A stretch of 64,000 nucleotides of DNA from an uncultured Chloroflexia bacterium (GCA_963749705.1 CAVVNQ010000011.1:63634-127633); one strand, 5' to 3'; positions 1 to 10,022 are shown, counted from the first letter of the stretch. A program made the numbers and translations. The notes: generated by a model from the sequence alone, not told the origin.

Positions 1-810
1 GCTCGGCTGGAACGTCGCGGCCCCGGTGGCGGGATCCGTGCCCGTGGGTCCGCCGTTCGCAAGCGCCGGCGACCCGCCGGCTGCGTCCAGGTGGACCGTG
101 TTGAGCGCCAGCTTCACGCCGGTTGCGAACGCTGCGGGTTGGTTGTTCGAGTCGAGGACCTGCACCGTGACGGCCTGGACGCCGGCGCCGCTGGGTGTCA
201 GTGGCGTGTTCGTGATCGTCTGGCTCGCGCCGGCATCAGCCGGCTGGACGGAGAACGCGAGGTGGCACGGGTCGGCGGCCGACACGGGCTGCGAGCCCGC
301 CAGCGTCAGGTAGTTCGCACCGTTTCCGCTGCTCCACTGGTTGGCCTGCTGGGCGGTGAATGTCCACTGCAGCGGGGTGCAGCCGGGTGCCTTGAGGTTG
401 GCGATCTTGATCGTCGCGGACTCGTCCGGCTGGAGGTTGAGGCCCTGCACCTGGAGCATCGAGGGGTTCACGAGGCCGACCGTCGGGCTGCTGTTCGAAT
501 CCGTCGAGGTGACCGTGGCGTACGAACCGGCGACGCTCTCGAAGGTGAACCCGGGGGACGCGGAGAGGTCGATCTCGAGCGAGCCCAGCTGCTGCGTCTT
601 CGTGGTGTCGGTAACCGTGATCGAAATCGACGTGTTCGAGCCAGCGAAGATCGTGTGCGGCGTCCCCGATACCGTGTACGGCTTGTTCGAGTTGGCGAGC
701 ACGTTCACGCTGAGCAGCGTGGCCAGCAGCGCCGCGGCCGTGGTAACCGCGACCAACCGTACCGGGGCTGACCGGCGCCCAAATCGGACCCTGGACGTAC
801 TGAGCTTCAC
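1..810 (-). CDS. Secreted Ig-like/beta-rich surface protein (5' part; runs off the left edge)
   Basis: Open frame from GTG 810, after the SD AGAGGAG, to the window edge. Starts with a signal peptide (MKLSTSRVRFGRR...AAALLATLLSVNVLA), is Thr/Ser/Asn-rich and contains an 'LAFSVQP...VTVQVLD' Ig-like motif. Absent from the ORF track because there is no stop in the window. Confidence 0.75.
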   Translation of the reverse strand, partial: MKLSTSRVRFGRRSAPVRLVAVTTAAALLATLLSVNVLANSNKPYTVSGTPHTIFAGSNTSISITVTDTTKTQQLGSLEIDLSASPGFTFESVAGSYATVTSTDSNSSPTVGLVNPSMLQVQGLNLQPDESATIKIANLKAPGCTPLQWTFTAQQANQWSSGNGANYLTLAGSQPVSAADPCHLAFSVQPADAGASQTITNTPLTPSGAGVQAVTVQVLDSNNQPAAFATGVKLALNTVHLDAAGGSPALANGGPTGTDPATGAATFQPS

Positions 811-904
811 CGTACCGCTCCTCTTTGCCATGTCTGGCACTACCGTCCCCGGGGTACTTTCGGCGTACGCCGATGGCTGAGTCAACGTGTCGCGATCGGA
901 AGCG

Positions 905-918
905 TTGACAACTGTCAA
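905..918. promoter_or_regulatory. Inverted repeat TTGACA-AC-TGTCAA (candidate operator)
   Basis: Perfect 6-bp arms in the intergenic region upstream of the secreted protein. Confidence 0.35.
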
Positions 919-1091
919 GGGCCGAATGAGCCCCTGGTCCCGCGATCGTACAGGACTTCTGGCCCATTGGTACACAAGTGTTTCGGATGCGTTGCAATCC
1001 GAGAAGACGCTTGCGGGAACCATGGTCCCGGCGGACCAAGGGCGTGCGTCGGGGCACTGCCGGTCAGCCGTCGGTCACCCGACGTCCGCCC

Positions 1092-1757
1092 TCAGCTGAG
1101 GTGCTTGAGCAGCGCCTCCGCGTGGCCCCGCAGATGGCGGCGCATCGCCTCGGCCGCGGCCTCGCCATCGCCCCGGACGATCGCCTCGTAGACGGCGATG
1201 TGCGTCGAGCCGGGCTCCTGGTGCGTGTCGACCTGGGATGCCAGGCGGCTGGCGAGGTCGATCCGGCTGGCCGTGTCCTCGAACGCCTGCGCCAGGTACC
1301 GGTTCTGGGCCGCGAGCACGATGAGGTGGTGGAAGTCGGCCAGGCGCGAGTAGTGCCCATCATCGACCGGGCGCGCGGACGGATCGATCGCCGCGGCGCG
1401 CATCCGCTCCAGGTCTGCGTCGGTACGCCGCTCGGCGGCCAGGCGGGCGCACGCGGTCTCGACCGCCTCGCGCAGCTCGAAGCTCTCCCGGACGTCACGG
1501 GCCGACAGCCGGGCGACGAAGGTGCCGCGCTTGGGGAAGATCTCGACCAGGCCCTCCTGGGCGAGCGCCTGGAGCGCCTCGCGGATCGGCGTGCGCGACG
1601 TCCGGAGCGCCTCCGCCCGCTCTGCCTCGGAGATGGCCGAGCCGGGCAGCAGGTCACCGGCCAGGATGTCCCCCTTGATCGCATCGTAGGCGGCATCGCG
1701 GAGGCTGCGGGCCCTGCCCCCGCCACCGCCAGGACCGTCCGTCCCCGTCGACACCAT
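1092..1757 (-). CDS. GntR family (FadR/FCD) transcriptional regulator
   Basis: wHTH 'LAEALRTSRTPIREAL'-type motif (AEALRTSRTPIREALQAL..EGLV) plus FCD domain (FHHLI...H.A.YEAI). Start may be 1802. Confidence 0.92.
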   Translation of the reverse strand: MVSTGTDGPGGGGGRARSLRDAAYDAIKGDILAGDLLPGSAISEAERAEALRTSRTPIREALQALAQEGLVEIFPKRGTFVARLSARDVRESFELREAVETACARLAAERRTDADLERMRAAAIDPSARPVDDGHYSRLADFHHLIVLAAQNRYLAQAFEDTASRIDLASRLASQVDTHQEPGSTHIAVYEAIVRGDGEAAAEAMRRHLRGHAEALLKHLS

Positions 1758-1807
1758 GTCCCTGCCTTCGTCCGTCTGCCGCGCCGGTGCGCGCTCGTCC
1801 ATCGTCC

Positions 1808-2641
1808 TCAGGCCGGCACACGGTCTGCGTCCGTGGCCCGCGCCGTCGGCACACAGTATGGCTTGCCGGAGATCGCATCGATGTTGACCTCGGCATGGAC
1901 GCCGAACACCTCGACCAGCAGCTCACGGGTCAGGACCTCGGCCGGCGGTCCCTGGCGCCAGATCTCGCCCTTGCGCACCGCGACCATGTGATCGCTGTAT
2001 CGCGCCGCCTGGTTGAGCTCGTGGAGCACCATCACGACGGTCATGCCCTGCCGCGCGTTGAGGTCGCGCAGCAGCTCCAGCACCTCGAGCTGGTGCCCGA
2101 GATCGAGGAACGTGGTGGGCTCATCGAGCAGCAGGATCGGCGTCTGCTGGGCGAGCGCCATCGCGATCCACGCCCGCTGGCGCTCACCACCCGAGAGCGC
2201 GTCGAGCGGCCGGTCGGCGAACGCCTCGAGGTTCGTCTCGTGGAGCGCCCACTTCACGGCCTCGGCGTCGGCATTCGACCCGGCACCCAGGAACCCCTGG
2301 TGCGGATACCGTCCGTTCCACACCAGGCGCTCCACGGTGAGCCCCTCGGGCGACGACGGCCCCTGGGGCAGGACGGCGAGCCGGCGCGCGACCTCCTTGG
2401 TCGGCATCCGCGCGATCGCCTTCCCGTCGAGCAGGACCATGCCTCCCTTGGGCCGCAGCAGGCGTGCGGTGGCCCGCACGATCGTCGACTTGCCCGACCC
2501 GTTGGGGCCGACGACGGCGGTGACCCGCCCGATCGGGAACGTGAGGTCGAGGTCGGTCACCACGATGCGGCGGTCATAGCCGAGGGTCAGGTTCTCCGCA
2601 CGAAGCTCTCGCGGCGGCGTGGGAGTGGAGGCGAGGCTCAT
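1808..2641 (-). CDS. Iron-siderophore/cobalamin-type ABC transporter ATP-binding protein (FecE-like)
   Basis: Walker A GPNGSGKS, signature LSGGERQR, Walker B LLLDEPT, VLHELNQA. Confidence 0.95.
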   Translation of the reverse strand: MSLASTPTPPRELRAENLTLGYDRRIVVTDLDLTFPIGRVTAVVGPNGSGKSTIVRATARLLRPKGGMVLLDGKAIARMPTKEVARRLAVLPQGPSSPEGLTVERLVWNGRYPHQGFLGAGSNADAEAVKWALHETNLEAFADRPLDALSGGERQRAWIAMALAQQTPILLLDEPTTFLDLGHQLEVLELLRDLNARQGMTVVMVLHELNQAARYSDHMVAVRKGEIWRQGPPAEVLTRELLVEVFGVHAEVNIDAISGKPYCVPTARATDADRVPA

Positions 2642-2652
2642 GGGGCTTCCTC

Positions 2653-3693
2653 TCAGACCGAGATCCGTGTCTTGCGACGCATGATGAGGTAGATGAAGTA
2701 GGGCGCCCCGATGAGGGCGGTGAGCAGCCCGGCGGGGAGCTCGCGCGACGGGATGATGGTACGGGCGATGTCGTCGGCGACGAGCAGCAGCAGCGCCCCG
2801 GCAAGGGCCGACAGCGGCAGCACGAACCGGTGGTTGGCGCCGATCAGCAACCGGATCAGGTGCGGGATCACGAGCCCGATGAAGGCGACGGTGCCGGCAA
2901 CGGAGACCGCGCTCGCGGCGAGCGCGATGGCCACGGCGACCAGCGCGATCCGGGCGACCTCGACGCGCATGCCGAGGCCGGCGGCAACGCCATCGCCCAG
3001 CAGCAGCAGGTTGATCTTGTGCGCGAGCACCATCGCGGAGCCGATCCCGAGGACGGACCACGGCAGGATGATCGCGAGGTCCTCCCAGCCGCGCCCGTAC
3101 AGCGAGCCGGCCAGCCAGGTCAGGGCGACCTGGACGTTCGCATTCTCCACCTTGAGGGTGACGATCGCGGTCACGGCGGCCTGGAAGATCGCGGTCACGG
3201 CGATCCCGGTCAACGCCAGCCGTTCCGGCGCCACGCCGTTCTTCCAGGCGAGCAGGTACACGATCGTGCCGCTCGCCGTCCCACCCGCCAGCGCGGCGAT
3301 GGGCAGGACGAAGCGCGGGACGTCGACGAACACCAGCACGATCAGGACGGCGACGAACCCGGCGCCCGCCGTGACCCCGACCAGGTCCGGGGACGCGAGC
3401 GCGTTGCGGGTGACGCCCTGGAGGATCGCCCCGGAGACCGCGAGCTGCGCCCCGACGAGCATCGCGATGATGATCCTCGGCAGCCGCAGGTCGAACACGA
3501 TCTTGCCGTGCAGGGTGCCCGTGCCCGAGAGCAGCGACGAGATGACGTCGACCGGCGAGATCGTCACCTGGCCGATGCCCAGGCTCACGATCGCGAGCCC
3601 CAGGACGACCAGGGCGAGGCCGAGGACCCCCCACGGGGCCATGCTCCGTCGCCGGACCGTCGCGGCCGTCATCCGCTGCGCCTCGCCCGTCAT
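2653..3693 (-). CDS. FecCD family ABC permease
   Basis: LRLPR, LQGVTRNALASP and FIGLVIPH motifs; ATGA overlap with the upstream permease. Confidence 0.95.
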   Translation of the reverse strand: MTGEAQRMTAATVRRRSMAPWGVLGLALVVLGLAIVSLGIGQVTISPVDVISSLLSGTGTLHGKIVFDLRLPRIIIAMLVGAQLAVSGAILQGVTRNALASPDLVGVTAGAGFVAVLIVLVFVDVPRFVLPIAALAGGTASGTIVYLLAWKNGVAPERLALTGIAVTAIFQAAVTAIVTLKVENANVQVALTWLAGSLYGRGWEDLAIILPWSVLGIGSAMVLAHKINLLLLGDGVAAGLGMRVEVARIALVAVAIALAASAVSVAGTVAFIGLVIPHLIRLLIGANHRFVLPLSALAGALLLLVADDIARTIIPSRELPAGLLTALIGAPYFIYLIMRRKTRISV

Positions 3694-3707
3694 ACGTTGC
3701 GCCTCGC
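3666..3707. repeat. 21-bp direct tandem duplication at the permease junction
   Basis: ccgtcatccgctgcgcctcgc / ccgtcatacgttgcgcctcgc. Confidence 0.8.
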
Positions 3708-4736
3708 CAGGAACAGGAAGAAGGGTCCGCCGAGCAGCGCGATCAGGATGCCCACGGGGATCTCGAGGGGACGCTGCACGTTGCGCGCCGCGAGGTCCGC
3801 CCACACCACGAGCGCGGCACCGAACACGGCCGCGAGCGGGAGCACCCGCCGGTGGTCGACCCCGATCAGGAACCGTGCGACGTGCGGGCTCACCAGGCCG
3901 ACGAAGCCGATGGGCCCGGCGACGGCAACCGCCGATGCGGCGAGCACGATGGCGATGACCATGAGCATGGCCCGGGTCCGTCCGGTCGACAGGCCGAGCC
4001 CCCGGGCGACGTCCTCACCCAGCACCAGGATGTTGAGCTGGCGCGCGTACAGCCCAGCGAGCGTCGCCCCGACCAGGAACCAGGGGACGATCACCTCCAC
4101 GTGCTGCCACGAGCGACCGGCAACGCCGCCCGCAAGCCAGAAGTACACCTGCCCGACGACGGAGTTGTTGAGGATCAGCAACCCGGTCGTCAACGACAGC
4201 AGCAGCGATGCCGTGGCAAACCCGGCAAGGGCGAGCCGGATCGGCGTCACAACGCTGCGCGTCGCGAGGCTGAACACGACGGCACCGCCGGCGCCGCCAC
4301 CGATGAACGCGATGAACGGGGTCAGCCACAGCGGACGGCCGGGATCGATCACCAGGCTCGCCACCACGGCGAGGCCGGCGCCCGCCGAGACACCGGTCAG
4401 CGACGGGGACGCCAGCGGATTGCGCGTGAGCGCCTGCATCACCGTCCCCGCGACGGCCAGGCTTGCGCCCACGAACGCGGCGACGAGCGCGCGTGGGAAG
4501 CGCAGCTCCCAGATGATGATCCGGTTCTGGCTCCCGTCATTGACCGTGAGCGCGCGAACGACCTGGTCGAGCGACATGTCCACGATCCCGAACCGGGTGT
4601 CGAACAGGATGCCGATGACCAGCACCACGACGCCGATCGCGATCAGCGCGCCGAACCGCCCGAGCGCAAGTGCGGCGGCCTTCTCGGGCCGCCGCACCGG
4701 TGCTCCCGGTCGTCCGACGTGCGTTGCCGAGCTCAT
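3690..4736 (-). CDS. FecCD family ABC permease
   Basis: ELRFPR, QALTRNPLASP and GFVGLVSPH motifs. Confidence 0.95.
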   Translation of the reverse strand: MSSATHVGRPGAPVRRPEKAAALALGRFGALIAIGVVVLVIGILFDTRFGIVDMSLDQVVRALTVNDGSQNRIIIWELRFPRALVAAFVGASLAVAGTVMQALTRNPLASPSLTGVSAGAGLAVVASLVIDPGRPLWLTPFIAFIGGGAGGAVVFSLATRSVVTPIRLALAGFATASLLLSLTTGLLILNNSVVGQVYFWLAGGVAGRSWQHVEVIVPWFLVGATLAGLYARQLNILVLGEDVARGLGLSTGRTRAMLMVIAIVLAASAVAVAGPIGFVGLVSPHVARFLIGVDHRRVLPLAAVFGAALVVWADLAARNVQRPLEIPVGILIALLGGPFFLFLARRNV

Positions 4737-4763
4737 CGCCTTGCCGGGCGATCCGTCACCCGG

Positions 4764-5822
4764 CTAGTTGGGGAAGATCTCGGGGTACAGCGCGTGCCGG
4801 GCTTGCTCGAGGACGAGCTTGGCCGCCAGCGGGCCGCGGTCACGACTCCACAGGTCACGATCGAACAGGTACACGCGGTCGTTCTTGACCGCGTTGATCG
4901 ACGCCCACGCCGGGTTGGCGGCGAGCGAGTCGATGAAGTCCTGCGTGCCGAGCACGAACAGCGTGTCCGGGTTGACCGAGACCAGCTTCTCCAGGCCAAG
5001 CTGCACGAGACCCAGGCTGGATGCCCGGTCGCCGTTGGTTCCCTCGAGGTCCGTGGGCGTCAGGTCCGACTGCTTGAGCGCGTAGTCCATGCCCAGCGCG
5101 GACACGGACGTCCCGATGAACGAGTTGTCGAGCCACATGCCAAGGATGCCGGGTTCGACGCCCGGGTACACGATCGCCGTCGAGACCGACGGCTGCGCGC
5201 CGATCTTCGCCTGGGTGTCGGCGAGCTCGGCGTTGTAGGCATCGGTGTATGCCTGCGCGACGTCGGACTTGCCGGTGATCTGGCCGATCAGCAGCAGCTG
5301 GTCGAACGCGTCCTTGACCGAGTTCGCCCGGATCTTGAGGATCGGCGCGCCCACGGTCTCCAGGGCGGTGTTGTCATTGGAGTTGTCCGAGATGATGAGG
5401 TCCGGGTTGAGGGCCACGACCTCCTCGAGGCTCGGCGGCTCGCCGAGGGCCTGCGCGTTGCTCCAGGTCACGCCCAGGTAGGGCGGCACAGGTCCGCCGT
5501 TCCGGCTCGAGAAGCCGACCGGCTCGACGCCCAGGGCCGCAAGCTCGTCCATGGGCTGGAAGCCCCAGGCATAGATCCGCTGGGGCGCCGCGTTGATGGT
5601 GACCGAACCGGAGCCGGCATCCACGGTCATCGGGAAGGTCGGCGCGGGCGCAGTCGTGGGTGCCGCACTCTCGGGCGCCATCGAGGGCGCGGTGGTCGCG
5701 GGTACGGGGGTGGGTGTCGGGCTCGAGCTCGAGCAGGCCGCGACGAGCATTGCGGCGGCGGCCGCAAATGCAAAGCCGCGTGCTGCTCGTCCTCGCTGAC
5801 GCCTCGGTTCAGTCACGTGCAT
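4764..5822 (-). CDS. ABC substrate-binding lipoprotein (FecB/BtuF class)
   Basis: Lipobox LVAAC, Pro/Thr linker, 'PSLEEVVALNPDLII', 'WASINAVKNDRVY'; strong SD GGAGGAG. Confidence 0.92.
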   Translation of the reverse strand: MHVTEPRRQRGRAARGFAFAAAAAMLVAACSSSSPTPTPVPATTAPSMAPESAAPTTAPAPTFPMTVDAGSGSVTINAAPQRIYAWGFQPMDELAALGVEPVGFSSRNGGPVPPYLGVTWSNAQALGEPPSLEEVVALNPDLIISDNSNDNTALETVGAPILKIRANSVKDAFDQLLLIGQITGKSDVAQAYTDAYNAELADTQAKIGAQPSVSTAIVYPGVEPGILGMWLDNSFIGTSVSALGMDYALKQSDLTPTDLEGTNGDRASSLGLVQLGLEKLVSVNPDTLFVLGTQDFIDSLAANPAWASINAVKNDRVYLFDRDLWSRDRGPLAAKLVLEQARHALYPEIFPN

Positions 5823-5897
5823 GGGTCCGCTCCTCCTGCGTGCTCTGCGCGGGTGACGCTGGTCTGTCGTTGGTCATCATCGGCTGGCCCCTTCCAG

Positions 5898-7046
5898 CTA
5901 GGCCATGGCCACTCCTGCCGGCTGGCCCAGCACCCGGCCGGATTCGATGTCGATCTCGATGAACTCGTGTCCGCACGGCGGGCCGGCGGCCACGGACATG
6001 ACACCCGCCGTGAGATCCGTGATGACCGTCGCCACGGTCATCCAGCGCTCGTGCCGCGGCGCGTCCGGATCCGGATGGCTGCACAGTCCCCGCCCGTCGC
6101 CCAGGTGGTCGCGGAGGATCGCCGCCAGATCCGACCGGTCGATCCCGCCCGACGCTCGGGCGCGGTCCATCAGCCATGCTCCGCGTCCATAGCGGACGAT
6201 CGAGTCGGCACTGGGCGCGTAGGTCGCGGCGAGCTCCGGCGGGATCTCCACCAGGTAGTGGTTGGTGTGGAACAGCCAGCCGTCGGTCGGGTACATCCAG
6301 CGGGTCGTTGCCGGCATCGTCTCGATATCGACCGCGAACCCGTCGCGATGCGTGATCAGCAGGTTGGTCGAGCCGGGTCGCGTGCCGGCGGTCGCCATCT
6401 CGACCGCCTCGGTGATGTTGCCGGACCGCAGGATCCGACGGCGCATGAACGTCGACGGCAGCGCCGACGGGTCACGGAGCCGCGACGACAGCCCGTTCGC
6501 GTGGAGCGCGATCCCCGCGGTGTTGGCCCCATGGCGTCCGACCTGTCCGGCCTCGGCGATCATCAGCTGGCGAGGTCCATCCGTCGGGCGCAGGTGGACC
6601 AGCACGATCGTGTCGGCGATCTCCTCGAGGTAGTCCCAGTTCTGGCCGGTCAGCAGGTGGCCGTCGCGGCTGGCCTCGGGCATGACCGCGAAGCTGGTGC
6701 AGCCGTCGTTGGCGGCCTTGGCCTCGCGCTGGATCGCGGGCGGGACCACGAACATGCCGCGCGTGTTGAGGGCAAGGATCTCGCCGACGCTGAAGCCGCT
6801 CCCCTCCGCGATCCCTTCGATCTCGCTGACGATCTCGGGGTCGCGGCTGCGCCAGATCGACAGTCGCTGTGACACACCGTCGATGATCTGGCCGAACGTC
6901 GCCCCCATCGACGGGACGACCGCGTCCGCGTAGAACGCCAGCGAGCGGGCGATCCGCTCCTTCGCCTGGGCCCCGTACGAGAACCCCCGGGTGAAGGCAT
7001 CGCCTTCGATGACGATCAGCGGGAACGGCGCGGTCGGCTCAGTCAT
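5898..7046 (-). CDS. C45 family Ntn-hydrolase (isopenicillin N acyltransferase-like peptidase/acylase)
   Basis: Autocleavage site DG|CTS followed by GQNWD; HTNHY motif. Confidence 0.9.
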   Translation of the reverse strand: MTEPTAPFPLIVIEGDAFTRGFSYGAQAKERIARSLAFYADAVVPSMGATFGQIIDGVSQRLSIWRSRDPEIVSEIEGIAEGSGFSVGEILALNTRGMFVVPPAIQREAKAANDGCTSFAVMPEASRDGHLLTGQNWDYLEEIADTIVLVHLRPTDGPRQLMIAEAGQVGRHGANTAGIALHANGLSSRLRDPSALPSTFMRRRILRSGNITEAVEMATAGTRPGSTNLLITHRDGFAVDIETMPATTRWMYPTDGWLFHTNHYLVEIPPELAATYAPSADSIVRYGRGAWLMDRARASGGIDRSDLAAILRDHLGDGRGLCSHPDPDAPRHERWMTVATVITDLTAGVMSVAAGPPCGHEFIEIDIESGRVLGQPAGVAMA

Positions 7047-7080
7047 TCGGGGACTCTAACATATCAGTCGTCGACTGCAA
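7047..7080 (-). promoter_or_regulatory. Leaderless promoter (TTGCAG...TGtTAGAGT-6nt-ATG) with overlapping palindrome CAGTCG-T-CGACTG
   Basis: -10 at 7053-7058, 6 nt from the ATG. The inverted repeat at 7065-7077 overlaps the -35 and is a candidate GntR operator. Confidence 0.55.
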
Positions 7081-7161
7081 GGGTGGAAGTTGTCGACATC
7101 GAGCTCGCGACATCACACCGGTGTCCGGGTCCCCCGCCGGCCTTCGGGGCCCCGGCGCCGG

Positions 7162-8565
7162 TCAGCGGCGGGCGATCGCGTCGACGGGAAACGCGCTCGA
7201 CACCATCGCCGGTGCGACGACCGCGTCGATGAACGGGGCCTCGCCCTGCTCGCGCCGGGAGCCGACCGCCTCGATCGATCGGAACAGGTCCACCAGGCCG
7301 ACCGTGAACCGGAACTGCGGTGCGGGCCCGACCACGCGGCCGCCGCGTACCCGCCGCGTCCCGTCGCGGGTCGTCCCGGTGACCAGTCCCTGGCGCGGCT
7401 GGACCACCCGGACGTAATCGACCCGCTCGATCACCAGGCCGTCGTCGAGGATCCCGAGGAGGTCATCTGGGTCATCGTCGCCCGCCGAGACGATCAGGTG
7501 CGACGGGCTCGGCCCGGACCCGAACCGCCAGCCCGGCGGCGCCGTGTGGCCGGTCGGATCCGTCCCCGCCAGGGTCGCCGTACGCACGTCGTGGACGACA
7601 CCCACCGGGCGTCCGGCCTCGACCAGCGTGACGGCACGCTTCGGCCAGCCCGCGCAATCGAACGCGGCGGGCAGCCCGGCCGGATCGCGTGCATCGTCCC
7701 GGAACGTGATCAGTCCCGACAGCGTCGGGGCGGCATCCGAGCGGCCGGCCAACCCGCGAGGAGCCGTCGTCGTCGTCCCGAACGGGCCGACCGTGCCACC
7801 GGCACCGACGGCGCCCAGGCCGATGTAGGCAAGGGTCGCGGCCAGGGTGGCCACGGCCTGCGGCCCGAGTATCGCCCGCGCCGGACCGTCGGGCAGGTCC
7901 AGCAGCGGCCCGGCGGGGATGCCCTCGGCCGCCGCGGCACCGGCCTCCAGCGGGTCGATCCGGCCCCAGCAGGTGTCGATCCGGCGCACGAACGTCGAGC
8001 CGTGCTCGCCGGTCGCCACGACCTGGAGCGCCGCTCGCGACCGCTGCTCGGCGACCTCGAGGCCCGCGGTGTTGGCCACGATCGTGTCGGTGACGCGCGT
8101 CGAGATCGAGCCGCCGAGGCTGATCTCGTCCGGGATCCGCTCGGCCAGGACGCCGAACACGTGCGCCCGGTCCGCGGGCGACACGGCCAGCGTCTCGTCG
8201 CATGCAGCCGCCGGGCCGGGCGGGCGGGTCCACGGGGCCGGCATGGCTGCGGGGACACCCGCTGGCAGCAGGTCGAGGGCCGCCGCGAGCCGGTCGATCG
8301 TTGCCCGCACCCGGTCCCCGTCCGCCGTCTCGAGCAGGGCCCAGCCCTCCCGGTCGCCGCGGACGAGCCGGAGGCGAAGCAGCGCGCGCTCCTCGTCGTG
8401 CTGGTAGGTGATCTGCCGGTTGCCGAAGCGCAGCAGGCTCAGCCGCTCGCGGAGGAGCTCGATATGAGCGCCGTCCGCACGCGTCCGCGCGTGGCGCAGG
8501 TGCTCGCCCACGAGCTCGCGATCCTTGCCCGCTCCCCCACCATCGGATACCCGCACCTCGTCCAT
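7162..8565 (-). CDS. pmbA: PmbA/TldE family protein
   Basis: 'AFDCAGWPK', 'TGHT', 'TGTTRDG' motifs; no HExxH; TGATG-coupled to tldD. Confidence 0.85.
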   Translation of the reverse strand: MDEVRVSDGGGAGKDRELVGEHLRHARTRADGAHIELLRERLSLLRFGNRQITYQHDEERALLRLRLVRGDREGWALLETADGDRVRATIDRLAAALDLLPAGVPAAMPAPWTRPPGPAAACDETLAVSPADRAHVFGVLAERIPDEISLGGSISTRVTDTIVANTAGLEVAEQRSRAALQVVATGEHGSTFVRRIDTCWGRIDPLEAGAAAAEGIPAGPLLDLPDGPARAILGPQAVATLAATLAYIGLGAVGAGGTVGPFGTTTTAPRGLAGRSDAAPTLSGLITFRDDARDPAGLPAAFDCAGWPKRAVTLVEAGRPVGVVHDVRTATLAGTDPTGHTAPPGWRFGSGPSPSHLIVSAGDDDPDDLLGILDDGLVIERVDYVRVVQPRQGLVTGTTRDGTRRVRGGRVVGPAPQFRFTVGLVDLFRSIEAVGSRREQGEAPFIDAVVAPAMVSSAFPVDAIARR

Positions 8566-10013
8566 CAGACGCCGACGCGCGCGTTCCGGAAGCGCGCCGG
8601 GACCGCGCCGTGACCGATGTGGGCGACCTGGAGCGGCTCGCCCTTGTTGCACGACGGGAGGCCCCACTGGCGAAAGCTGGCCCGATCGCCGACGGCGTCG
8701 CAGCCGGCCCAGAACTCGAGCGTGTCGCCCTCGTAGGTGGGGTCCCTGAGCATCCGCCCCAACCGTCCGTCGCGGATCTCCCACGCGATCTCGGCGCCGA
8801 AGCGGAACGACCGGCGGCGGTCGTCGATGCTCAGGCTGCGGTTCATGTCGATCAGGATCCCGTCGCGCGTGGTTCCGATCATCTCGTCGAGCGGCGTGTC
8901 ACCGGGCTCGATCGACACGTTGGTCATCCGGACGAGCGGGATCCGCCGCCATCCGTCGGCGCGCGCCGCGCCCGACGAGGGCTCGTCGAGCGACGCGGCC
9001 GACCCCCGCGAGGACAGGAACCCGACCACCATGCCGTCCTCGATGATCGTGGTCCGGGTTGCGGCGACACCCTCGTCGTCCCAGGCAAACGAGCCGAGCG
9101 CACCCGGGCGGGTCGCGTCGGCGACGATCGTGACCAGCTCGGTCCCGAACCGCTGGCGCCCGCGCTCGGCGGGCAGCATGTACGTGCCACCGGCGGTGCT
9201 GTCCTCCGCCCCGAGCGTTCGGTCGAGCTCCGACGGGTGCCCGGCGGTCTCGTGGACGAGCTGCGCCATCTGGCTCGCGCCGACGATGAGGGTGGTCGTC
9301 GCCGGCGGGCAGCGATCCGCCGACAGCAGCGCCGCCGCCTCCTCGCCCACGCGGGCAGCAGCCTCGACCAGCCCCAGCGAGCGGACGTGCTCCCAGCCGG
9401 CATTGGCGAAGTCGCCCCGCTCCCCGATGATCGACCGGGGAACGCTCTGCGGATACGACCGGCGCTGGACATCGGTCTCGTTCCGGGCCGTCGCGAGCAG
9501 GCCGGCGCCGGTCTCCGTGATCACCTGCTCGATCCGGCTGCCCTCGGTGCTCGCGAACAGCTTCTCGTCCCGGTACGCGTCCGCCGATGCCTGGGCCGAG
9601 ACGACCTCGGGGCCCGCAGCGCGCATGATCCGCGCGCTCTCGAGCAGGAGCTCGATTCGCTCGTCGAGGGGGACCTCGAACGGGTCCTGGATGCAGGGCG
9701 ACGACCAGGTGCCCTCGACGACCGGTGCGGGCGCGAGCCGGGACCGTGGCCCGGATGCCGCACCGGCCTGGCCGACGGCGATCCTCACCAGCTCCGCCAG
9801 GCCATCGACATCGGTCCGCGTCGACGCCGCGAACCCCCACTGGCCGCCGACCAGGACGCGGAGCCCGATCCCCTCGGTCTCCTCGAGGACGAGCTGCGCC
9901 ACGCGATCGTTCTCGATATGGACGCCCTGGTGCCGCCGCCGGACGACCCGCACGTCCCCGTACTCGACGCTCGAGGGGAGAAGCCCCAGGATGCGCTCGG
10001 CGAGGGCCCGCAC
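8565..10013 (-). CDS. tldD: TldD metalloprotease
   Basis: HETAGH zinc motif, 'WDDEGV', 'RMTNV', C-terminal CNKGEP. Confidence 0.93.
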   Translation of the reverse strand: MRALAERILGLLPSSVEYGDVRVVRRRHQGVHIENDRVAQLVLEETEGIGLRVLVGGQWGFAASTRTDVDGLAELVRIAVGQAGAASGPRSRLAPAPVVEGTWSSPCIQDPFEVPLDERIELLLESARIMRAAGPEVVSAQASADAYRDEKLFASTEGSRIEQVITETGAGLLATARNETDVQRRSYPQSVPRSIIGERGDFANAGWEHVRSLGLVEAAARVGEEAAALLSADRCPPATTTLIVGASQMAQLVHETAGHPSELDRTLGAEDSTAGGTYMLPAERGRQRFGTELVTIVADATRPGALGSFAWDDEGVAATRTTIIEDGMVVGFLSSRGSAASLDEPSSGAARADGWRRIPLVRMTNVSIEPGDTPLDEMIGTTRDGILIDMNRSLSIDDRRRSFRFGAEIAWEIRDGRLGRMLRDPTYEGDTLEFWAGCDAVGDRASFRQWGLPSCNKGEPLQVAHIGHGAVPARFRNARVGV

Positions 10014-10022
10014 GGCCGGCGG

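Noticed and set aside
5809-5880. 23-aa ORF MMTNDRPASPAQSTQEERTHARD as a RiPP precursor for TldDE/C45
   Set aside because: It overlaps the SBP ribosome-binding site and start, has no precursor-like features, and no YcaO or radical SAM enzyme is nearby.
3852-6872. 1006-aa + strand ORF and similar long ORFs (7090-8613, 8610-10676, 23617-25881, 37992-40211, 44722-46839)
   Set aside because: These are antisense or off-frame shadows of well-supported genes. They are Arg/Gly/Pro-rich, carry no motifs, and are expected at this GC content.
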